From an uncultured Vicinamibacteraceae bacterium (GTDB lineage Bacteria > Acidobacteriota > Vicinamibacteria > Vicinamibacterales > UBA8438), in assembly GCA_964550305.1 (NCBI GenBank), contig CAZJYU010000002.1, forward strand, positions 61,620 to 125,619: a stretch of DNA of 64,000 bases, in the 5' to 3' direction. Below are positions 56,910 to 64,000 of this stretch, piece after piece. Each line of letters starts with the position of its first letter. Within the stretch, counting starts at the first letter, position 1. The notes below the pieces were generated by a model that had not been told where the DNA came from, did no database searches, and saw only the letters and a program-made list of their open reading frames with translations. Position numbers and translations under genes: made by a program.

Positions 56910-58769
56910 TCAGGAGGTAGCCGGTTCGGCGGCCGCCGGTGCTCCGGATCCGGCGGAATCCGGTTCGCCCTGCATGACGTAGTCGCGCGGCGCGTCAGGC
57001 ACGCTGTATTCGTACGGACCGCGGTACGCCCGCGGCGGCGTGGCGAAGTTCCCGTGCGGTGGCGGCGAAGGCGCCTGCCACTCGAGGGTGGTCGCCTGCC
57101 ACGGGTTGTCACCCACCTTCTCGCCGCGCTTGATGCTGTTGAAGAAGTTGTAAATGAACGGGAGCTGGAACAGGCCGAGCGCCCACGCGCCGATGCTGAT
57201 CACCTCGTTCCAGACCAGGACGTCGGCGTTCATTACGTATTGCTCGCCGCCGTCGTACATCCGGCGGTTCATCCCGGCGAGTCCCTGGATGAACATCGGC
57301 ATGAAGACGACGTTGATGGCCAGGAACGATCCCCAGAAGTGGATGCGCCCCAGGAAGTCGTTCATCTTCCGCCCGGTCGCCTTCGGGAACCAGTAGTAGA
57401 TACCGCCGAACAGCGCCAGCAAGGTGCCGGGCGCCACGACGTAATGGAAGTGGCCGATGACGTAGTAGGTGTCGTGCAGGTGGATGTCCGGCGCCGCCAG
57501 CCCGAGCGGCAGTCCGGTCAGCCCGCCGATGCCGAACATCGGAAGGAATGCCAGGGCGAACAACATCGGCACGGTGAACCGGATGGACCCGCCGTAGAGC
57601 GAGATGAACAGTGACGACAGAATGACCACCGACGGGATCGAGATGATCATCGTCGTCGTCTGGAAGAACGAACTCATGGTCGTGCCCATGCCGGTCAGGA
57701 ACATGTGGTGCGCCCACACGATGAACGACATGAAGCCCAGAAAGACGGCCGAATAGACCAGCACGCTGTAGCCCCAGAGCGGCTTGCGCGTGTTGTTGGC
57801 GACGATGTCGGCGACGATGCCGAGCGCCGGGAGGATCAGGACATACACCTCCGGGTGCGCGAGGAACCAGAACAGGTGCTGCCACAGCAGCACGCTGCCG
57901 CCGCCGCTGACCTCCACCGCGGCATCGGCGTATACGAGGCCGCTCGGCATGAAGAAGCTCGTTCCCGCCACGCGGTCCATCAACTGCAGTACGCCGGCCG
58001 CCTCGAGCGGCGGGAACGCCAGGAGGAGCAGGAAGGCCGTCACGAGCTGCGCCCAGACGAAGTACGGCAGCCGCATGAACGTCAGTCCCGGAGCCCGCAA
58101 CTGGATCGTCGTCACGATGAAGTTGACCGAGCCGAGCAGTGACGACGTGATCAGGAAGATCATGCCGATCAACCACATCGTTTGTCCGGTCGTCGCCAGG
58201 ACGGAAAGCGGGGCATACGAGGTCCATCCGGAGTTGGCTGCCCCACCCGGCACGAAGAAGCTGGCGAACATCACGACGCCACCGACAAAAAAGGACCAGT
58301 AGCTCGCCATGTTGAGCTTCGGGAAGGCCATGTCGGGCGCGCCGATCTGGAGCGGCAGGACGAAGTTGCCGAAACCGCCGACGGCGAGGGGGACGACGCC
58401 GAGGAACACCATGATGGTGCCGTGCATCGCCCCCAACTGGTTGTAGAACTCCGGCAGCATGATGCCGGCCGGCGCCCGCTCGTCACCCAGCCAGGCGCCA
58501 ATCAGCGGGATCGGCTCGCCCGGGTAGGCGATTTGCCACCGCATCACCATCATCAACGCGAAGCCGAAAAGCAGGAAGAGCAGGCCGGTGACGGCGTACT
58601 GGATGCCGATCACCTTGTGGTCGACCGAGAAGACGTAGGTCTGCCAGAACCCGAGCTCGTGGTGCCCGTGGTCGCCGTGGCCGTGCTCGTCGTGCGCGTG
58701 TGCGGCGTCGTGCTGTTCGCCCGCGCCGGGCGCCGGGGCGCCGGTCTCGGTCGTCGTCGCGTCAGCCAA
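56910..58769 (-). CDS. ctaD: Cytochrome c oxidase subunit I
   Basis: Heme-copper oxidase core: HKVIGIQY, GAPDMAFPKLN, HPEVYVLILP and VWAHHMF. TTG start with AGGAG 8 nt upstream. Confidence 0.95.
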   Translation of the reverse strand: MADATTTETGAPAPGAGEQHDAAHAHDEHGHGDHGHHELGFWQTYVFSVDHKVIGIQYAVTGLLFLLFGFALMMVMRWQIAYPGEPIPLIGAWLGDERAPAGIMLPEFYNQLGAMHGTIMVFLGVVPLAVGGFGNFVLPLQIGAPDMAFPKLNMASYWSFFVGGVVMFASFFVPGGAANSGWTSYAPLSVLATTGQTMWLIGMIFLITSSLLGSVNFIVTTIQLRAPGLTFMRLPYFVWAQLVTAFLLLLAFPPLEAAGVLQLMDRVAGTSFFMPSGLVYADAAVEVSGGGSVLLWQHLFWFLAHPEVYVLILPALGIVADIVANNTRKPLWGYSVLVYSAVFLGFMSFIVWAHHMFLTGMGTTMSSFFQTTTMIISIPSVVILSSLFISLYGGSIRFTVPMLFALAFLPMFGIGGLTGLPLGLAAPDIHLHDTYYVIGHFHYVVAPGTLLALFGGIYYWFPKATGRKMNDFLGRIHFWGSFLAINVVFMPMFIQGLAGMNRRMYDGGEQYVMNADVLVWNEVISIGAWALGLFQLPFIYNFFNSIKRGEKVGDNPWQATTLEWQAPSPPPHGNFATPPRAYRGPYEYSVPDAPRDYVMQGEPDSAGSGAPAAAEPATS

Positions 58770-58935
58770 CGTCGTGACTCCTTTCGTGCAAACTTAACCG
58801 CGCGGATTCTATCCGGCTCCCGCCGGTCGGCGCAACCGGCGGCGCGCGGCAGGGGATTGAGCTTCGCGCCGGGCCGCTGGCCGTTGCTATACTCGCGGAT
58901 CCTGGGATGGGCACGTAGAGACTGGGAGTGTGAAC

Positions 58936-61107
58936 ATGTGCGGATCGTTCGGATTGCGAACGCTCGGCGCCGTCCTCGCGGCTGTCCTGGTGGCGGGAAC
59001 GGCGGGTACGGCCTCGGCCCAGCGCCTGACGGGTACCGAGAACGGCGAATGGCGCTATCTCGGCGGCGACGCCGGGCATACGCGCTCGTCGGAGCTCGAT
59101 CAGATCAACGGCGGCAACTTCTCGGATCTCGAGGTCGCATGGATCTGGCGGGGAGACAATTTCGGCCCGCATCGCGACTACTTCAACCGTGCAACGCCCA
59201 TCTACGTCGACGGGGTCCTCTACACCGTCGCCACCCCCCGGCGCCAGGTCGTGGCGATCGATCCGGCTACGGGCGAGAACCTCTGGACGTTTCGCGAGCC
59301 GGAGACGATCCGGCATCTGCGCTCGCCCCGCCAGGCCTACGGCAAAGGCGTTGCTTACGCGGAAGTGAACGGTCGCGGCGTGATCTTCGTCACGAGCCCC
59401 GCGTTCTTCCTGTGGGCGCTGGATGCCGAGACGGGGCGGCCGCTCGAGAACTGGGGATCGCCGATTCCGCTCGAGGACTTTCCGCAGAGCGGAGGGCTCG
59501 ACCTGATTCCACCGCTCGTGGAGGACTGGGGTCGGTGGCAGGACCGCGCGGCCAGCTACGACCCGGGATACGGCATACCTCGCGAGCTCGGGATGGTGAC
59601 CAGCTCGGCGCCGCCCATCGTGGTGAACGGGGTCGTGGTCGTGCTGGTGGGGCATCAGCCGAGCTACGGCCAGACGCGGATCGAGAATGTGCCGGGCGAC
59701 ATCATGGGCGTTGATGCGGCCACCGGCGAGGTGCTCTGGAAGTTCCACGTGATTCCCCGCCCCGGCGAGTTCGGCCACGACACGTGGCACAACGACGCAT
59801 GGCAGTGGTCGGGCGACATGTCGACCTGGGCGCCGGCATCGGCGGATCCGGACCTGGGACTGGTGTATCTCGTCACGAACGCGTCGACCGTGCAGAGCTA
59901 CGCGGGCCACCGGCCGGGTGACAACCTCTTCGGCGGTTGCGTCCTCGCCCTCGACGTCCGGACCGGCGAGCGGCGGTGGCACTTCCAGATCCACCGGAGC
60001 GATCAATGGAACTACGACTTGCCGACCCCGCCGATGCTCATGGATCTGACGGTGGACGGCGAACGGATCCCGGCGCTGATCCAGAACACGAAACAGGGAT
60101 TGCTCTTCGCGTTCAACCGGGAGACGGGCGAGCCGATCTGGCCGATCGAGGACCGGCCCGTCATTCAGACGGAAGTGCCGGGGAACTACACGTCGCCGAC
60201 CCAGTCCTACCCCACGCGCCCTCTGCCGCTCGACCCGATCATCCTGAACGGCCTGACCGAGGAATTCGTCATCGACTACACGCCGGAACTGAAACAGCAG
60301 GCGCTTGCAATCCTCGAGCACTACCGCGTCGGTGGCCTCTACGTACCAGCGCTGCCGGAGAACCACACGAACGACTTCTACAACAACCTCGGTTGCCAGG
60401 GCGGTGGCAACGTCATTCCGCACCCGCCGGCCGGTGACCCGAGCACGGGACTGATGTTCGCCTCGCACCGCCGGTCATGCAACGCGCCCCAGTTCATGCG
60501 TCCGACCGGCGGGGTGGATGAAGACGATCCGGATTACGCCACGCCCGGTCCCGGCGGCGCCACGCCGAATACGACGCCGACCACTGGTACGACGGTGGCC
60601 GCGTGGCTGCCGGGCGGCTTCCGGCAGCCCACGCCCGAGCAGGAGCCGTTCGTCTCGGTGACGGGGCTACCGAGAATCGATGGACTGCGAATCTTCAAGC
60701 TGATGGACAATCAGCTCACCGCCGTGCAGATGAACACCGGCGAACACGCCTGGTCGCTGCCGGTTGGCGAAACGCCCCAGGTGATCCGGGACAACCCGCG
60801 ACTGGCTAGTCTCGACGTCCCGAACACGGGGGGAGCCGGATTCTCGATTCAGTTGGTGACGGGCGACCTGCTCGTGCAGACGCGCGCGCACAGCGAAGGG
60901 ACGCGCCAGATCGTTCCGGACGCCCCCCTCATGCTCCACGGACGTGACAAGTACACGGGGGAGATCCTCGGTAGCGTCGAGCTGCCGGCGCCCGGCCAGT
61001 ACGGCATGATGACCTATCTGCACGAGGGCAAGCATTACATCGTCGTGCAGATCGGGAGCGTCCACACGGACGTTCCCGGTAGCCTGGTGGCCTACGCGCT
61101 GCCGTAA
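58936..61107 (+). CDS. Soluble PQQ-dependent dehydrogenase (glucose/quinate-type beta-propeller)
   Basis: Signal peptide. The N-terminal motif GEWRYLGGDAGHTRSS...QINGGNFSDLEVAW is typical of quinoprotein dehydrogenases. 8-blade propeller-like repeats. ATG 58936 has GGGAG 7 nt upstream. Confidence 0.85.
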   Translation: MCGSFGLRTLGAVLAAVLVAGTAGTASAQRLTGTENGEWRYLGGDAGHTRSSELDQINGGNFSDLEVAWIWRGDNFGPHRDYFNRATPIYVDGVLYTVATPRRQVVAIDPATGENLWTFREPETIRHLRSPRQAYGKGVAYAEVNGRGVIFVTSPAFFLWALDAETGRPLENWGSPIPLEDFPQSGGLDLIPPLVEDWGRWQDRAASYDPGYGIPRELGMVTSSAPPIVVNGVVVVLVGHQPSYGQTRIENVPGDIMGVDAATGEVLWKFHVIPRPGEFGHDTWHNDAWQWSGDMSTWAPASADPDLGLVYLVTNASTVQSYAGHRPGDNLFGGCVLALDVRTGERRWHFQIHRSDQWNYDLPTPPMLMDLTVDGERIPALIQNTKQGLLFAFNRETGEPIWPIEDRPVIQTEVPGNYTSPTQSYPTRPLPLDPIILNGLTEEFVIDYTPELKQQALAILEHYRVGGLYVPALPENHTNDFYNNLGCQGGGNVIPHPPAGDPSTGLMFASHRRSCNAPQFMRPTGGVDEDDPDYATPGPGGATPNTTPTTGTTVAAWLPGGFRQPTPEQEPFVSVTGLPRIDGLRIFKLMDNQLTAVQMNTGEHAWSLPVGETPQVIRDNPRLASLDVPNTGGAGFSIQLVTGDLLVQTRAHSEGTRQIVPDAPLMLHGRDKYTGEILGSVELPAPGQYGMMTYLHEGKHYIVVQIGSVHTDVPGSLVAYALP

Positions 61108-61128
61108 CGGCGCCCGACCACCACGCCG

Positions 61129-62877
61129 CTAGCGAAGCCGGAAGACCCAGAGCATGTTGCCGCGTGGCGGCTGCTGGATTTCCGGTGTCACCATCCGGTA
61201 GTTGACGCCGCCCCCGGCCGCGATGGCGATGTACTGCACCCCGTCGTGCAGGTAGGTCACGGGAAAGCCGCCGGCGCTCGAGTTGAGGATCTGCTCCCAG
61301 AGGATTTCGCCGGTCCCCGCGTCGAACGCCCGGAAGCGGCGGGCGTCGTCGGTCACGAACACCAGCCCGCCGCCCGTGGTCAGCACCGAACCGCCGATGC
61401 CGGCGCGCTGGCGATGGACCCACAACGTTCCACCGGTGGCCATGTCCATCGCCGTGAGCATGCCGACCTGTCCGTCCACGTCCGGCGCCACCTCACGGGT
61501 TGACCGCGCCGATCCGTGGTGAAAGCCCGTCCGGTCACGGAACTCGTTGAGGGTCAGGTTCATGCACACGTTGTTGGTTGGCGCGTACAGGGCGTTGGTG
61601 CCCGGGTGATAGGCGGTCGCGTTCCAGTTGATGCCGCCGGTGAGGCTTGGACAGACGTAGACCGGCTCGCCTACCTGCGGAAACTTGAGATCCTCGTTGA
61701 GGATGACGCGGCGGCTCTCCGCGTCGACGTCGGCGACCACGTTCTGGGCATTCGTCGGCTCGGCCCACAGGAACGCGCCGGTGGCGGCATCGAGGGCCCA
61801 GACGATGCCGGTCTTGCCCGGGATGCCGGTCACGATCTTGCGCCGGGAGCCGGGGGTGATCCCGCCGTTCAGCCACTCGACCGCGTCGGGATCCGGCGAC
61901 ACCTCAGTCTCGACCACCAGCCGGGCGTAGGGGTGGTCGAGGTCCCATTCGTCGTTTGGCGTGTGCTGGAAGTACCAGACGATTTCGCCGGTGTCGGCGT
62001 CGAGCGCGAGGGTGGAGTTCGTGTAGAGGACGTCCCCGTCGCCGGTGCCGCGCTGGACCGAGCCCCACGGGATCGGCACCCCGACGCCGGCATAGATCAG
62101 ATTCAGCTCGGGGTCGTAGCTGGGCGCATTCCACGAGGAGCCGCCGCGCCGCAACTCGTCGGGGATGTCACCCCAGGTGTCGTAGCCGAACTCCCCTTCG
62201 CGGGGAATCGTGTAGGTGCGCCACGCCTCCTCGCCCGTCTCGACGTCGTGCGCCGAGATCCAGCAGCGCGTGTTCAGGTAGTAGCAGCCTGACATCCCGG
62301 CCACGACCCGGCCCTTGATCACCTGCGGTCCGCCGGAATAGTGCTGCCCCACCTCCCAGTCGCCGACCGTCTGGTCCCACACCACTTCACCGGTGCGCGC
62401 GTCGAGCGCCACCAGGTGGGCATCGTGCGTGCCGATGAACAGTTTGTCCGCGTAGAGGGTTCCGTTGCGGTTCGCGCAGGCCAGCCTGGCCGCGTGCTCG
62501 ACCTGGGGCCGGCGGTATTCCCACAGGCGCGTGCCGTCGCGAACGTCGAGGGCCTCGACGTAGTCGCAGGCCTGCACCAGGAACATGATGCCGTCATGCA
62601 CCAGCGGCGTGGTTTCCTGCAGGCCGTCAGCCATCGTCCACGCCCAGGCGAGACGCAGATCCCCAATGTTGGTCGTGTTGATCTGGTCGAGGGGGCTGTG
62701 GCCCCAGTGGTTGTAGCTGTGCCTCCACATCAGCCAGTCGCTCGGTGGCGGGTCGACAAGCATCTGCTCGGTCACCGGGGTGTAGTCGTCGACGGGAGAC
62801 TGCGCCGAGACGAGCGCTCCCGCGAGCAGTAGACACGCCGCGATCGCGGCGGAGAAGGGTCGAGGGAGGTACCGCAT
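61129..62877 (-). CDS. PQQ-dependent dehydrogenase, methanol/ethanol family
   Basis: Signal peptide, DWLMWRHSYNHWGHSPLDQIN, propeller W-motifs and the active-site region NDEWDLD. Confidence 0.88.
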   Translation of the reverse strand: MRYLPRPFSAAIAACLLLAGALVSAQSPVDDYTPVTEQMLVDPPPSDWLMWRHSYNHWGHSPLDQINTTNIGDLRLAWAWTMADGLQETTPLVHDGIMFLVQACDYVEALDVRDGTRLWEYRRPQVEHAARLACANRNGTLYADKLFIGTHDAHLVALDARTGEVVWDQTVGDWEVGQHYSGGPQVIKGRVVAGMSGCYYLNTRCWISAHDVETGEEAWRTYTIPREGEFGYDTWGDIPDELRRGGSSWNAPSYDPELNLIYAGVGVPIPWGSVQRGTGDGDVLYTNSTLALDADTGEIVWYFQHTPNDEWDLDHPYARLVVETEVSPDPDAVEWLNGGITPGSRRKIVTGIPGKTGIVWALDAATGAFLWAEPTNAQNVVADVDAESRRVILNEDLKFPQVGEPVYVCPSLTGGINWNATAYHPGTNALYAPTNNVCMNLTLNEFRDRTGFHHGSARSTREVAPDVDGQVGMLTAMDMATGGTLWVHRQRAGIGGSVLTTGGGLVFVTDDARRFRAFDAGTGEILWEQILNSSAGGFPVTYLHDGVQYIAIAAGGGVNYRMVTPEIQQPPRGNMLWVFRLR

Positions 62878-63063
62878 CGGTGGTGTTTCCTCTCGTCAGT
62901 GCGCCGCTGTATGCGTCAGCGGGACGTGTGCGCCACGGCTAGTCTACCCGCACGTCGTGGACGGTGCCGCCGGCACGGCCGGGTCCTGCAGCCTGCGCAG
63001 GGGCCGACAACGGTATATCGTCGTGCAGTTCCAGAGCACCGAGACAGGCTTGAGCCGGTAGAC

Positions 63064-64000
63064 ATGACGAGCGTGAGGCGCCTGACCCTGTCGCGGATCT
63101 GCACGTCTGCGCTGCTTGCCGCGTCGATTCCGGTCCTGGCGTCGGGGTGGGAGAATCAGCGTGCCACAGCCGATCCGCGGCACGCGAGGGGGCCGGTCAC
63201 GCTCTCGATCGTCGGCACCACCGACCTCCACGGCCGCGTGTTTTCCGACGACGGACAGGGAGGTCTCGCGCTACTCGGCGGATACCTGCGCAATCTGCGT
63301 GCGGCAAGAGCGGCCGACGGCGGCGCCGTGGTCCTCCTCGATGCGGGCGACGCCTTTCAGGGCGGGATCGCCTCCGATATCTCGGAGGGGGCTCTCGTAG
63401 TAGATGCCTACAACGCGCTCGGGTACGACGCGCTGGCCATCGGGAACCACGAGTTCGAGTACGGGGCGAGGGACACCGCGACCGGCAACCGCGAGCGGCG
63501 CGACATGCGCGGAGCACTCAAGGCAGCAGCTGCGCGCGCCCGGTTTCCGTTCCTCGCCGCGAATGTCATCGACAACGCGACGGGGCGGCCGCTGGAGGGG
63601 CCCAACGTCCGGCCGTCCACCCTCCTGGACGCTGCGGGCCTCCGGGTGGGCATCGTCGGGATCATGACCCAAGACGGACTCGCGAGGACGCTCGCCGCCA
63701 ACGTGCAGGGGCTCGGCACGACGGCACTGGCACCCGCCGTCAAGAACGAAGCGCGGCGCCTGCGCCAGCGCGGTGCCGACGTCGTACTGGTTCTCGCGCA
63801 CGCCGGGGGCGCCTGCGCCCGGTTCGACGATCCGGTCGACCTGTCGTCGTGCGACGACGATGCCGAGATCTTCCGGCTGGCCCGCCGGCTGCCGACCGGC
63901 CTCGTCGATGCGATCGTCGCCGGGCACACTCACCGGGCGGTGGCGCACGAAGTCGCGGGCATCCCGATCGTTCAGGCCTATTCGCTGGGAAGGGCGTTCG
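63064..64000 (+). CDS. Bifunctional metallophosphatase/5'-nucleotidase (UshA-like), 3' partial
   Basis: This ORF is missing from the track because it runs off the window. My translation from ATG 63064 is MTSVRRLTLSRICTSALLAAS... It contains the phosphoesterase motifs GTTDLHGR, DAGDAFQG, GNHEF and AGHTH. Confidence 0.8.
   Translation, partial: MTSVRRLTLSRICTSALLAASIPVLASGWENQRATADPRHARGPVTLSIVGTTDLHGRVFSDDGQGGLALLGGYLRNLRAARAADGGAVVLLDAGDAFQGGIASDISEGALVVDAYNALGYDALAIGNHEFEYGARDTATGNRERRDMRGALKAAAARARFPFLAANVIDNATGRPLEGPNVRPSTLLDAAGLRVGIVGIMTQDGLARTLAANVQGLGTTALAPAVKNEARRLRQRGADVVLVLAHAGGACARFDDPVDLSSCDDDAEIFRLARRLPTGLVDAIVAGHTHRAVAHEVAGIPIVQAYSLGRAF

Noticed and set aside
58762-60468. 568-aa ORF on the minus strand
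   Set aside because: It is antisense to the PQQ dehydrogenase gene, which has a signal peptide and family motifs. Its composition is that of a shadow ORF.

Overview
Gene-dense, high-GC bacterial chromosomal segment (about two-thirds G+C by eye, not computed). Gene content suggests a soil Acidobacteriota- or Gemmatimonadota-like organism; this is inference only. The supporting genes are a DUF1800/DUF1501 pair, a cytochrome c/carboxypeptidase-regulatory-like/beta-propeller protein, UPF0182 and sigma-54 components.

I support about 55 protein-coding genes:
- a Wzt-type ABC ATPase (5' partial), an SbcD/SbcC (YhaO/YhaN)-like pair, mfd, a SurA-like PPIase, dus, NUDIX and DUF1800/DUF1501;
- a regulatory island: NtrC-type activator, small HTH protein, FliA-family sigma factor, PAS histidine kinase and a PCYCGC protein;
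- fabZ, a GAF sensor, a lipid kinase, a DsbD-like protein, an M1 peptidase, an aminotransferase, an ACT protein, an SDR, a sulfotransferase and clpS-clpA;
- a long minus-strand operon: HlyD adaptor, MacB/Lol-type ABC ATPase, two FtsX permeases, a small outer-membrane barrel, UPF0182, an amidohydrolase and a deoxyribosyltransferase;
- a P1B copper-type ATPase, an FAD oxidase, a DsbA-like protein, an aa3-type cytochrome oxidase operon, two PQQ dehydrogenases and a 5'-nucleotidase (3' partial).

I saw no rRNA, tRNA, CRISPR, transposase or integrase.

Main hunt result: the apparent 244-nt gap at 48127-48369 is not intergenic. The ORF ending at TGA 48124-48126 continues in frame for 72 more codons. 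The TGA sits exactly where a PfPDO/glutaredoxin-like protein disulfide oxidoreductase carries the first Cys of its second CxxC site. A GC hairpin with a GGUCA loop follows it. This is a strong candidate selenocysteine (UxxC) protein, encoded between a zinc-ribbon gene and a copper-type P-type ATPase.

Second result: a textbook sigma-54 promoter (TGGCAC-N5-TTGC) lies 14 nt upstream of the FliA-family sigma factor gene. It has an upstream TGACGCT inverted repeat and an AT-rich palindrome, and it sits next to an NtrC-type activator. This implies a sigma-54 to alternative-sigma cascade with a nearly leaderless mRNA.

Other observations are lower confidence. All homology statements come from motif recognition in the supplied translations; no database search was run.
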